Positions 1 to 9,109 are shown, counted from the first letter of the stretch. The stretch is 37,963 nucleotides of DNA from Devosia sp. (GCA_040007135.1 JBDTVO010000001.1:1-37963); one strand, 5' to 3'. The notes: generated from the letters alone by a model not told the origin. Numbers and translations: made by a program.

Positions 1-1
1 C

Positions 2-1597
2 GAGACAATGCGATCGGCGCCGCTGCCGGCATCGGCGCTGGCGGACGCCGGTGACGCGGGTGAAGGCGGGCTGGTGGCGTTCTTTGCGGCGCAGACGACC
101 GAGGAGGCGCCGGAGCAGCCCTACCCGGTGCAGCAGGCCGACGGGACGATGGCGGATGTCACCTATGGGGTGTTCACGCACGCGATCTTTTCGGCTTTGG
201 CCAAGAACCCGAACCTCACCTACCGGCAACTGGCGCAGAGCGTCCTCGCGAGCTACGTCGCCGACAACTGGCTGAAGCCGACGCCGCTGTTCGAGGGCAA
301 GCTCGACGCGCAGGTGTTCGGCAACGAGGACGTGGTGCCGGCGGCGCAGTGGCCGATCGTGGTGGGCGGCGACGGGGTGACGCTGTCGATCTCGGCGGGG
401 CAACTACAAGGACTGGCGCCGGGCAGCCGGCTGTTGATCGTGCCGAGCCCGGCGGCGGCGAACGAGGAGGCGCTGGGGGTGATGGAGGCAACCAGCGTCA
501 CGCAACTGCGCGCCAAGCTGGCGCCGGTGGCCGACGCGGCCCACCCGGCGATTGCAGCGGCGGCCATTCCGACCGGCGCCTATGTGCGGCTGGTGGAGGT
601 GCACTATCCGTTTGAGCTGACGGTGGCCCGGCCCGACACGGCCGGCGCCGATCCGGTCGCGGCCAGGGTGGTCGAGGCGGCGCTCGCGGCAATCGAGACA
701 CAGGCCGAGAAGCCGCTGAAGCTGCGGGTGGTGGCAGCGGGCGAGACCGCCGACGTGCGGCTGGCGCTGCTGTCGGAGGCGGCGGTGGCGCGGCTCGGGC
801 ATCCCGATGCCGCGGGCGGTGCAGCTGCCGACGGAGCACAGCGGGTGTGGCTGTTGCCGGCGAGCGGCGAGGTATCGCTGGATCCAGTGCGGCGGCCTCC
901 GGCGCTACTGCTGCCGGCGGCGGGGGCGGCCGGGGCGGATGGAACGGGATTTCAGAAAAAGCTCGAGGAGAGCCTCACCACGATCTTCAGGGCGACAGGC
1001 CTGTCGCGGCTGACGGCAGCAAGCACGTTTGGACCGCGCGACTTCACGCTGAGCTTCGGCCGGCAGGAGGCCGGGGCCGACGCAATCGTGGCGATGGCCG
1101 CGGAGGAAACCCCGGTGATCCGGCCGGGGGACCGGCTGTATGTCGATTTCACCAATGCCTCGGGCAAGGCAGCGGACCTCAACCTGCTGTTCATCGACCA
1201 CGACTACGGCATTACGCTCTTGTGCAGCGCACACCTCGCGGCGGGCGACCGGTTGTTCCAGCCTTTTGCCGACATCGATGACGGCGACCACGGCAGCGAG
1301 CGGATCGTGGCGGTGATCAACGAGACCGGCAAGGAGATCACCGACCTCAGGTTCCTGACCCAGCCGAAGCTGGCGGCGACGCGCGGGCTGGAGCAGCCGG
1401 GACTGTTGGGGATGCTCGACGACCTCGGGGCCGGCGTTGCGACACGGGCAAGCCCGCCATCGCAGCGCGACTACAAGACGCCGCGCGGCGCCGTGGTGAT
1501 GGTGCCGCTCGAGGCGCTGCCGGGCAGCGGGGCGACGCGGGCGGCCGATATGGCGCTCAGCGATCCACGCACACCCGAGGGCGAGTGCGCGCTCTAG
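2..1597 (+). CDS. Caspase-like (peptidase C14) protein with C-terminal DUF4384-like domain, 5'-truncated by the window edge
   Basis: The frame is open from position 2. LVAFFAAQTTEEA...YGVFTHAIFSAL...LTYRQLAQSV...PTPLFEG resembles the C-terminal (p10-like) half of bacterial C14 domains. GDRLYVDFTNASGKAADLNLLFIDHDYGITLL resembles DUF4384. The catalytic His/Cys would lie upstream of the window and cannot be checked. Confidence 0.72.
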   Translation, partial: ETMRSAPLPASALADAGDAGEGGLVAFFAAQTTEEAPEQPYPVQQADGTMADVTYGVFTHAIFSALAKNPNLTYRQLAQSVLASYVADNWLKPTPLFEGKLDAQVFGNEDVVPAAQWPIVVGGDGVTLSISAGQLQGLAPGSRLLIVPSPAAANEEALGVMEATSVTQLRAKLAPVADAAHPAIAAAAIPTGAYVRLVEVHYPFELTVARPDTAGADPVAARVVEAALAAIETQAEKPLKLRVVAAGETADVRLALLSEAAVARLGHPDAAGGAAADGAQRVWLLPASGEVSLDPVRRPPALLLPAAGAAGADGTGFQKKLEESLTTIFRATGLSRLTAASTFGPRDFTLSFGRQEAGADAIVAMAAEETPVIRPGDRLYVDFTNASGKAADLNLLFIDHDYGITLLCSAHLAAGDRLFQPFADIDDGDHGSERIVAVINETGKEITDLRFLTQPKLAATRGLEQPGLLGMLDDLGAGVATRASPPSQRDYKTPRGAVVMVPLEALPGSGATRAADMALSDPRTPEGECAL

Positions 1598-1609
1598 GAG
1601 GGAGCGGCC

Positions 1610-2638
1610 CTACTTGTAGTGCTCGCTGAGGAACTGGGCGATGGGGCCCGAGAGCCGCACGGCATAGTTGCGGGTATCGTCCTCGGCCACGTTGATGCCG
1701 TGGATGACGGTGTTACCGCTGGCATCGAGGGTGAACAGCGCCGCACCCGAAGCCCCCTGGGCGGAATCACAGTCGTGCCAGAAGACGGTGTCGCCGAAAT
1801 TGGCGTCGTCGACGTGGCACTTGTCCTGCCACAGCGTGCCCTTGGGCTTGTCGGCGGGGTAGCCGATCATAGTGGCGTCGAAGGCCAGGCTCTTGTCGGG
1901 GCCCCAGCCGAGCCAGCCGATCTGGTTGCCGGCGTCAGCGGCGAGCTCGACCTCGGCAAGATCCCACGGCATCGAGGTGCCGTAGTTCTTGCCGTCGAAG
2001 CCGTCGACGTAGCCGCTCAACACATTGATGTAGGTGATCTCGAAGCGGCCGAACGGCGCGTTCACGCCGTCGGTGACGCCGGGATAGAACTGGCCCTGGC
2101 CGACGAAGCCGCCAGCCTCGTGCTTGTAGACGCAGTGGGCGGCGGTGAGGATGGTCTGCGGGCCGATGAGCGTCGCCGTGCAGCTGGTCCAGACGCCCTT
2201 CTGGTCCTCGGTCCAAAGCCAGCCGACGACCGCTGCGGGGAAGCTCTTGCCATCGGTGATCTGCGTCCGGCCGTCGGCACCAACAACGGTGCCGGCGCTC
2301 TGGCCCGTATTGGATCCGGCGACAGACGCCTCGACCAGGCCGCGCATCGCGGCGGACGCTGGCATCTGGGTCACCGAGCCGTCGGGGTTGCGGGTGAGCG
2401 TCCCCATGCTGCCCACTGCAGCGTCGAGGTCCGGCATGGCGCGGGTGGCGGTGGCGCCATCGACAGCAAGGAGCGGCGCACCGGCAAGGGAGTCGGGGAG
2501 CGTCACCGGCGTGGCCGCGCCGGCAGAGCCGCCGGCCGGGCCGGGATTGCTGATGATCGTGCCCATTGCCATGGCGGGCATGGTCAGCGTCGCGCCCAGC
2601 AGCAGGGCGGCGAGCGACGTCGCGGTACGAATGTGCAT
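1610..2638 (-). CDS. Secreted V8-like/trypsin-fold serine protease (S1B type)
   Basis: ATG at 2638 with AGGGGA SD, followed by signal peptide MHIRTATSLAALLLGATLTMPAMA. Triad motifs: CTATLIG..ILTAAHC (His), WDLA (Asp), CDSAQGASGA (Ser). Probable mature start VVGADGR after a long propeptide. Confidence 0.9.
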   Translation of the reverse strand: MHIRTATSLAALLLGATLTMPAMAMGTIISNPGPAGGSAGAATPVTLPDSLAGAPLLAVDGATATRAMPDLDAAVGSMGTLTRNPDGSVTQMPASAAMRGLVEASVAGSNTGQSAGTVVGADGRTQITDGKSFPAAVVGWLWTEDQKGVWTSCTATLIGPQTILTAAHCVYKHEAGGFVGQGQFYPGVTDGVNAPFGRFEITYINVLSGYVDGFDGKNYGTSMPWDLAEVELAADAGNQIGWLGWGPDKSLAFDATMIGYPADKPKGTLWQDKCHVDDANFGDTVFWHDCDSAQGASGAALFTLDASGNTVIHGINVAEDDTRNYAVRLSGPIAQFLSEHYK

Positions 2639-2742
2639 GGCGGAGATTCCCCTTGTTCTCGTGGATGGAGTGAAATCGACATTGGCGGCGCCGTCAACAG
2701 CCCGGACCGGCGGGAGAGGCAGCGATCTGGGCGGAATGGGCA

Positions 2743-3735
2743 TCAGGGCGCACCGATTTGAGCGGCGATCCAGTCGTGGACGCTGGCGACCCTGCTGTAG
2801 ACGCCATAGACGTCGCGGTGGCCGCATTTGATGTCGGCGTTCGAGGGCCCCTCGCCCCAGCTGACGATACCGACCTCGACCACGCGGCCGGCGACGGTGG
2901 CGACGAGCGGGCCGCCGCTGTCGCCGTAGCAGGAATCGCGGGTGCCGGTTTCGAGGCCGGCGCACAGCATCGTGCCGGTGAGTGGATCGGGCAGTCTTGC
3001 GGCGAGTTCGTCGCCGGCGCTGTCGAGGTCGCGCGCGGGGATGTGGTAGCGCGCGCCGAGCTGGCGCAGCGAGTCCCTTAGATCGCCGGCATAGATGGCA
3101 CGGATGCCGCTGTCGCAGGCGGCGCTGGTGACGATCTCGAGGTCGCTGCCAAGGAGATAGCGCGGGTAGGCGCCGTTCTCGGTCATGCCCCAGCCGAGGA
3201 CGGTAGCGGCACGTGCCGCCGCGGTGCCATCGTCGATGCCGACGGTGGGCAGGCCCGAAGGGGCGGTGAGTTCGATGAGGGCGACATCATGGTCGAGGCT
3301 GTCGGGGTCGAAGCGCTCGTGAACGATGACGCGGCTCGCTGCGAGGCGCCGGCCCGCCATCAGGTCGATGCTGCCGGCGAGGACGATGAACTTGTCAGGG
3401 GTCAGCGCGACGCCGTCGCGGACCACGCAATGCGCCGCCGTCAGCACCCAATCCGGAGCGATCAGCGCGCCGCCGCAAAACTGCGAGCGGTACTGCGATT
3501 CAGGATCGTCGGAGAGGCCGTCGGCACTGAGCAGAGCCACCTGGAAAGCAAACGCACCCTCGGCGATTTCCCGCCCACCGAAGACGCCGGCGGGCCGGAG
3601 GCCGGCCGGCACGACTTGCGCGGCACGCAAGGGTGGAACGAGATCGTAGGGGCTAGGGGGATGCGATTGTGCGGCGACGGGCGGCACGGCGAGCACAAAC
3701 AGACCCAGCAGCACCAGACAGCCGACAAACTTCAC
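2743..3735 (-). CDS. Secreted trypsin-like serine protease (S1A)
   Basis: GTG at 3735 with GGAGG SD and a signal peptide. VFGG mature N-terminus, CGGALIAPDWVLTAAHC, DHDVALIEL, DSCYGDSGGP, GIVSWG and GVYSRV are all present. Confidence 0.93.
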   Translation of the reverse strand: MKFVGCLVLLGLFVLAVPPVAAQSHPPSPYDLVPPLRAAQVVPAGLRPAGVFGGREIAEGAFAFQVALLSADGLSDDPESQYRSQFCGGALIAPDWVLTAAHCVVRDGVALTPDKFIVLAGSIDLMAGRRLAASRVIVHERFDPDSLDHDVALIELTAPSGLPTVGIDDGTAAARAATVLGWGMTENGAYPRYLLGSDLEIVTSAACDSGIRAIYAGDLRDSLRQLGARYHIPARDLDSAGDELAARLPDPLTGTMLCAGLETGTRDSCYGDSGGPLVATVAGRVVEVGIVSWGEGPSNADIKCGHRDVYGVYSRVASVHDWIAAQIGAP

Positions 3736-3749
3736 CGCGAACCCCTCCG

Positions 3750-3781
3750 ATGCACACTCCCGCGTGTCGCGGGTGTTGCAT
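3750..3781 (-). other. Imperfect hairpin just upstream of the trypsin gene SD
   Basis: ATGCACACTCCCGCG-TGT-CGCGGGTGTTGCAT inverted repeat (+ strand letters). Confidence 0.4.
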
Positions 3782-3880
3782 ACGCCGAGCCCCTGCCCGC
3801 GCATTGCACCATCCTGAACAGTGCTTTAGCCGAAAATCGGTCGGAATCATCTTTTCTTTGCGGCGACTTCTCTCCTAGAA

Positions 3881-4618
3881 ATGGCCGGCATGAGAGATGG
3901 TCCCACCAAAGCCGCAGGCCGCGGCCGTCGCGAAGCCAAGCCACCAGCCGAAGAGGCTGGTGAGGCGCGGCGCGAAGCTGCCCTGCATGAGCGCTCGCAT
4001 ATCGGCGTCGGCATCATGGAAGGGATGCTGTCGGCGCGCCCCGACGACGATCGACCAAGCCGGCTGCATCGTGCCGACGAGATCGCCGCGGTGGTGCTCA
4101 AAGTGGTGACGATTTTGGCGTTGACCTTCGGGCTGTTCGAGTACGACCGGCAGAAGGCCGACGGGCGGGTGAACCAGTCACTGGAGCTGGTCAAGGAATG
4201 GGACAGCAGCGGCACCCAGGGCGCCTATACGCGGATCAACGATGCGATCTGGCCGCTGCTGCAGCAGGCAACACACGACCAGGGTGGAACCGATATCGAC
4301 GCGGCGACGCGCGAGGTGATCTACGCCAATATCGGCGAGACCATCACCGGGCGTGATGACCAGTTCTCGTCGGACGCCGACCACGACGTCGACAAGGTGT
4401 TCCAGTTCTTCGACCGCGCCGCCACCTGCGCCGACCAGGGCCTGTGCGACTACGATGTGCTGAAGACATTCTTCGGCGCCGAGTCGCAAAGCTTCTGGCT
4501 GTATTTCAGCCGCTACGCCGAGCGGCGCCAGCAGGACGGCTACGGCGGCTACGCCAACTGGACCCGCAAGTTCATCGAAGGCGACATCCACCGTCCGAAG
4601 ATGTTCGGACTTATCTGA
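3881..4618 (+). CDS. Hypothetical single-TM protein, DUF4760-like (start uncertain; ATGs at 3890, 4016 and 4025 are alternatives)
   Basis: One hydrophobic segment (IAAVVLKVVTILALTFGLF) is followed by a helical domain with VDKVFQFFDRAATCADQGLCDYDVLKTFFG..SFWLYFSRYAERR, which resembles the DUF4760 pattern. Codon usage is normal for this genome from about 4016. Confidence 0.7.
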   Translation: MAGMRDGPTKAAGRGRREAKPPAEEAGEARREAALHERSHIGVGIMEGMLSARPDDDRPSRLHRADEIAAVVLKVVTILALTFGLFEYDRQKADGRVNQSLELVKEWDSSGTQGAYTRINDAIWPLLQQATHDQGGTDIDAATREVIYANIGETITGRDDQFSSDADHDVDKVFQFFDRAATCADQGLCDYDVLKTFFGAESQSFWLYFSRYAERRQQDGYGGYANWTRKFIEGDIHRPKMFGLI

Positions 4619-4627
4619 GCGACAGGC

Positions 4628-5494
4628 TCAGGCTTCCAGCCGTGCCAGCAGGCTCGAGGTGTCCCAGCGGCGGCCGCCCATGGCCTGCACCTCGGCATAG
4701 AACTGGTCGACGAGTGCGGTAAGCGGCAGGCGGGCGCCGTTGCTGCGGGCCTCGTCGAGGACGATGCCGAGGTCCTTGCGCATCCAGTCGACGGCGAAGC
4801 CGAAATCGTATTTGCCGGCGAGCATGGTGGGGCCGCGGTTTTCCATCTGCCACGACTGCGCCGCGCCCTTGGAGATCACATCGATGACGGCGGCGACGTC
4901 CATGCCGGCGGACTTGCCGAAATGGATGGCTTCGGCCAGCCCCTCGACCACACCGGCGATGCAGATCTGGTTCATCATCTTGGCGAGCTGGCCGGCGCCA
5001 GATGGGCCGAGTAAGCGGCAGGCGCGGGCAAAGCCCATGATGACGGGTTCGGCGCGGGCGAAGGCGGCGGCATCGCCACCCACCATGACGGTGAGCTGGC
5101 CGTTCTCGGCACCGGCCTGGCCGCCGGACACGGGCGCATCGAGGAAGCCGAAGCCGGCCGCGAGGGCGACGGCGTGCAGCTCGCGGGCGACGAGGGCAGA
5201 CGCGGTGGTGTGATCGACAAAGACCGTCCCCTGCCCCATCGCGGCAAAGGCGCCGTCCGGCCCGAGGGTCACCTGCCGCAAATCGTCGTCATTGCCGACG
5301 CAGGCAAAGACGATGTCCTGGCCTTCGGCAGCCTGGCGCGGCGTGGCGGCGGCGCGGCCACCGTTGGCGGCGACCCATTCGTCGGCCCGGGCTCTGGTCC
5401 GGTTGTAGACGGTCACGTCGTGGCCCTTGGCCTTGAGGTGCCGCGCCACGGGCGCACCCATCACCCCCAAGCCGATGAATGCCGCCTTGACCAT
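4628..5494 (-). CDS. NAD(P)-dependent beta-hydroxyacid dehydrogenase (3-hydroxyisobutyrate/tartronate semialdehyde reductase family)
   Basis: ATG at 5494 with GGGAGG SD. Motifs AFIGLGVMG, FLDAPVSGG, catalytic K in AKMMNQ, and FAVDWMRKDL. Confidence 0.93.
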   Translation of the reverse strand: MVKAAFIGLGVMGAPVARHLKAKGHDVTVYNRTRARADEWVAANGGRAAATPRQAAEGQDIVFACVGNDDDLRQVTLGPDGAFAAMGQGTVFVDHTTASALVARELHAVALAAGFGFLDAPVSGGQAGAENGQLTVMVGGDAAAFARAEPVIMGFARACRLLGPSGAGQLAKMMNQICIAGVVEGLAEAIHFGKSAGMDVAAVIDVISKGAAQSWQMENRGPTMLAGKYDFGFAVDWMRKDLGIVLDEARSNGARLPLTALVDQFYAEVQAMGGRRWDTSSLLARLEA

Positions 5495-5552
5495 GCCTCG
5501 CCTCCCGCAATTTGCCGCGTGGTGATACCGCCTCGAGGGCGAAGCGCAAAGC

Positions 5553-5981
5553 TCAGGCGGACTTGTCGCTGTTCTTGCCCGGATGGGCGGCAACGATGCC
5601 ACGCTTTTCGAGGACTTCGGTGGTCTTCCTGGCGCGATCGACAAGCAGGTCGCGGAGGTTCTTGAGTTCGGCGTCCTCGAGGCGTTCGGCGGCGACGAAA
5701 TGGTTGTCGGCGCCGCGCAGGGCATAGATCAGCTCGTCGAGCTTGGCCTGCACCGCCTCGCCGTCACGGTTCTGGCTGTTCTGCAGCACGAAGACCATGA
5801 GGAAGGTGATGATGGTGGTGGCGGTGTTGATCACCAGTTGCCAGGTTTCGGAGAAACCGAAGAGCGGCCCGGAGACGGCCCACACCACGATCAGTATCAC
5901 CGCCGTGGCGAAGGTTGCGGGCCGGCCGGCAAGGTGCGCGACCGAGTGGGCGAAGTGCGAAAAGACACTGCGTGAGCTCAT
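5553..5981 (-). CDS. Low-affinity iron permease family protein
   Basis: FSETWQLVINTATTIITFLMVFVLQNSQNRD..AVQAKLDELI signature. Confidence 0.9.
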   Translation of the reverse strand: MSSRSVFSHFAHSVAHLAGRPATFATAVILIVVWAVSGPLFGFSETWQLVINTATTIITFLMVFVLQNSQNRDGEAVQAKLDELIYALRGADNHFVAAERLEDAELKNLRDLLVDRARKTTEVLEKRGIVAAHPGKNSDKSA

Positions 5982-6059
5982 GGCCACCTGCAATGCCCGG
6001 ACGGCCCGGGTGGTTCCGGCGGTTGCGCGGCAAGGCGTTTCCTACCATCCTTGGACAAA

Positions 6060-6082
6060 GGGCCGGAAGGACAATCCGGCCC
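6060..6082 (+). other. GC-rich hairpin in the 5' region of the enolase-superfamily gene
   Basis: GGGCCGGA-AGGACAA-TCCGGCCC, a perfect 8-bp stem just upstream of the SD. Confidence 0.45.
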
Positions 6083-6101
6083 GTACGAGAGGATTCCGAC
6101 A

Positions 6102-7424
6102 ATGCCGACGACTGCCAAGACGCTCGAGGTCACCGACACCATGAGCAACGCCGTGCGCACCGCTTCGCAGCCGAGTGCGCTGAAGATCACCGATATCCGC
6201 ATCGCCACGGTGAAAGGGCACGGGCTCTACCCGATCCTCAGGATCGACACCAACCAGGGCGTCTATGGGCTGGGTGAAGTGCGCGACGCAGCGCACCCCG
6301 ATACGGCGCTGCGGCTTAAGCACATGCTGGTGGGACAGAACCCCTGCAACGTCGACTACCTGTTCAAGTCGATCCGGAACTATGGCGGCGACAGCCGCGA
6401 GGCTGGCGGCGTCTGCGGCATCGAGATCGCGCTGATGGACCTCGTCGGCAAGGTCTACGGCATCCCCTGCTACCAGCTGCTGGGCGGCAAGTACCGCGAC
6501 AAGGTGCGGCTCTATGGCGATACGCCGATGCCGGACGACATTTCGCCCGAGGGCTATGTGCAGGTGGTGATGGGGCGCAAGAAGCTCGGCCTCACCTTCA
6601 TCAAGTTCGACCTGCCGCCGGAATTGTTCCTGTCGACGCCGGGGGCGCTGGTGGGTCAGGCGACCAAGCACGAATATCCCGAATACAAGCAGTGGTACGT
6701 GCCGGGTCGCGGCGCCGGTCCGCGCATCAGCGAGAAGGGTGTGGCGCGGGCGGTGGAAATCACGGCGGCGGTGCGAGCGGCGGTGGGCGACGAGATTTCG
6801 CTCTGCACCGACCATTTCGGCGAAGGCTTCGTGATGGCCGACGAGGCCATCCGCATCGGCCGGGCGCTCGAGCGTTACAACCTGGCGTGGATCGAAGACC
6901 CGATGAAGTGGACCGATATCGCCAACCACAAGAAGGTGGCCGACGCGCTGCTGACGCCGGTGGCTGCCGGCGAGGACTGGTATGCGTGGGAGGGATTTCG
7001 CGAGGCGATCGAGACGCGCGCCGTCGATATCATCCATCCCGACATGCTGAGTTCGGGCGGGCTGAGCGAAACCAAGCGCATCGCCGACCATGCCGAGCGC
7101 TTCGGCATTCCAACGGCGCTGCATGCCTGCTGCTCGCCGGTAGGGTTCATGGCCAACGTCCACCTCGGCGCCGCGATCTCGAGCCTCGTTGCGGTGGAGC
7201 ATCACGGGCTCGACCTGCCGTTCTTCCGCGACCTGGTGACCGGGCTCGAGCCCGACTACATGGCTGACGGCTATGTGACGGTGCCGGGCGCGCCGGGACT
7301 GGGGATCGATCTCAACGAAGAGGCGATCCGCGAAAACATGGCCAAGGGCTTCGAGTATTTCACCAGCACCGAAGAGTGGGACAAGCGCCGGGTGGGGCCG
7401 CTCTGGGGACACTACGGCGACTGA
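6102..7424 (+). CDS. Mandelate racemase/muconate lactonizing enzyme family protein (acid-sugar dehydratase-like)
   Basis: ATG at 6102 with GAGAGGA SD. Motifs GIEIALMDLVGK..GIPCYQLLGGKYRDKVRLY and KFD; metal ligands in TDH, WIEDP and AAGED; His in ALHA. Confidence 0.9.
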   Translation: MPTTAKTLEVTDTMSNAVRTASQPSALKITDIRIATVKGHGLYPILRIDTNQGVYGLGEVRDAAHPDTALRLKHMLVGQNPCNVDYLFKSIRNYGGDSREAGGVCGIEIALMDLVGKVYGIPCYQLLGGKYRDKVRLYGDTPMPDDISPEGYVQVVMGRKKLGLTFIKFDLPPELFLSTPGALVGQATKHEYPEYKQWYVPGRGAGPRISEKGVARAVEITAAVRAAVGDEISLCTDHFGEGFVMADEAIRIGRALERYNLAWIEDPMKWTDIANHKKVADALLTPVAAGEDWYAWEGFREAIETRAVDIIHPDMLSSGGLSETKRIADHAERFGIPTALHACCSPVGFMANVHLGAAISSLVAVEHHGLDLPFFRDLVTGLEPDYMADGYVTVPGAPGLGIDLNEEAIRENMAKGFEYFTSTEEWDKRRVGPLWGHYGD

Positions 7425-7446
7425 TACGGTCGATGCCGGTGCGGCG

Positions 7447-8223
7447 ATGAAGCTCGCGACGTTCAACATCAACAACGTCAACCGGCGACTGCCGGTGCTG
7501 CTGGCGTGGCTCGAGGTGGCGCGGCCCGATATTGTCTGCCTGCAGGAGCTCAAATGCACCGATGCGGAGTTTCCTGCCGCGACGCTGGCGGCGGCGGGAT
7601 ACGAGGCAGCCTGGGTGGGGCAGAGCGCCTGGAATGGCGTCGCCATCCTGTCGCGGGTCGGCGCACCGGTGGTGACGCGGCGGACGCTGCCCGGTGACGG
7701 CAAGGACAAGCAGGCGCGCTATCTCGAGGCCGCGGTGGGCGGGCTGGTGGTGGGATGCCTCTACGCGCCCAACGGCAACCCGCAGCCGGGACCGAAGTTC
7801 GACACCAAGCTGGCCTGGACCGAGCGGCTGATCGTCCATGCCAGTGAGCTGATGGCGAGCAAGCTGCCGGTGGTGCTGGCCGGCGACTACAACATCGTTC
7901 CGGAAGAACGCGATATCTACGTCACGACCTCCTACGCTGGTAACGCGCTGCTGCAACCCGGGCCGCGCGAGCAGTACCAGCGATTGCTGGCGGCGGGCTG
8001 GACCGATGCGCTGCGCAAGATGCATCCGAAGGACGCGGCGCTCTACAGCTTCTGGGACTACATGCGCAATCGCTGGCCGCGCAATGCGGGCCTGCGGCTC
8101 GACCATGTGCTGCTGAGCAAGACGCTGGCGAAGCGGCTCACCGGCGCGGGCGTCGATCGCGACGTGCGCGGGCTGCCCGAGGCCAGCGATCATGCGCCGG
8201 TGTGGGTGAGCCTCAAGGATTGA
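7447..8223 (+). CDS. xth: Exodeoxyribonuclease III (AP endonuclease)
   Basis: ATFNINN, DIVCLQELK, WNGVAILS, YAPNG, GDYN, GLRLDHVL and SDHAPV motifs. Confidence 0.95.
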   Translation: MKLATFNINNVNRRLPVLLAWLEVARPDIVCLQELKCTDAEFPAATLAAAGYEAAWVGQSAWNGVAILSRVGAPVVTRRTLPGDGKDKQARYLEAAVGGLVVGCLYAPNGNPQPGPKFDTKLAWTERLIVHASELMASKLPVVLAGDYNIVPEERDIYVTTSYAGNALLQPGPREQYQRLLAAGWTDALRKMHPKDAALYSFWDYMRNRWPRNAGLRLDHVLLSKTLAKRLTGAGVDRDVRGLPEASDHAPVWVSLKD

Positions 8224-8239
8224 GCGCCGGACACGGGCC

Positions 8240-9109
8240 TCAGCCCTTGACGGCGCCCTGCAGCAAGGCGGCGACGAACTGGCGCTGGAACAGCAGGAAG
8301 AGGATCACCGTGGGAGCGATGATGATCAGCGAGCCGGCGCAGAGCAGCGGGATATTGGTACCCCATTGGCCCTGGAAGGCGCCGAGCGCCCCGGCCATGG
8401 TGCGCTCGAGCGGGATTTCGACGAGGACGATGGGCAGCAGGAACTGGTTCCACGTCCACAGGAACTGCAGGATCGCCAGCGACAGGATGGCGGGGCGGGC
8501 GATGGGCACCTGCACCAGCCAGAACTGCTGCCAGGCGCTGGCGCCATCGATCTGCGCCGCCTCGCTCATCTCGTCGGGCACGTTCACGAAATGGGCGCGC
8601 ATCCAGTACACCGAGAAGGGCATGAACAGGCCGATCAGCGGCAGGATGATGGCGAGCTTGGTGTTGAGCAGGCCCATGGCGCGGACTTCGTAGTAGAGCG
8701 GCGTTATGATGCCTTCGAACGGCAGCGTCAGGCCGAGGACGAAGAGCAGGTAGACGAGCTTGCTGCCGCGCGGCGCGAGCTTGGCGACGCCGAAGCCGGC
8801 CATGGTGCCGATCAGCACCGAGATGGGCACGACGCCAAGGGCGATGATGGTGCTCGACAGCAGCAGCCGGTCCATGTGGGCGGCGTTGAAGGCGTCGATG
8901 AAATTCTGCCACTGCGGATCAGTGGGCCACTGCAGGCCGGGCGGATAGGTGCCGGAGGGCGCCAGCGCCGCCGAGAACATGGTGACGAAGGGCATCAGCG
9001 TGACGATCATCAGGCCGACGAGGATGGTGCGGGCGCCGATGGTGCCGAGCGGCAGCGGCAGACGCTCGCGCCGCGCCGCGGTGGGGGCGGCAATGGCTGC
9101 GTCGGTCAT
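8240..9109 (-). CDS. Carbohydrate ABC transporter permease (MalG-like)
   Basis: Multiple TM segments and EAA loop (EMSEAAQIDGAS). ATG at 9109 overlaps the upstream TGA (ATGA). Confidence 0.93.
   Translation of the reverse strand: MTDAAIAAPTAARRERLPLPLGTIGARTILVGLMIVTLMPFVTMFSAALAPSGTYPPGLQWPTDPQWQNFIDAFNAAHMDRLLLSSTIIALGVVPISVLIGTMAGFGVAKLAPRGSKLVYLLFVLGLTLPFEGIITPLYYEVRAMGLLNTKLAIILPLIGLFMPFSVYWMRAHFVNVPDEMSEAAQIDGASAWQQFWLVQVPIARPAILSLAILQFLWTWNQFLLPIVLVEIPLERTMAGALGAFQGQWGTNIPLLCAGSLIIIAPTVILFLLFQRQFVAALLQGAVKG

Noticed and set aside
6042-7709. 555-aa - strand ORF
   Set aside because: Antisense to the enolase-family gene and xth.
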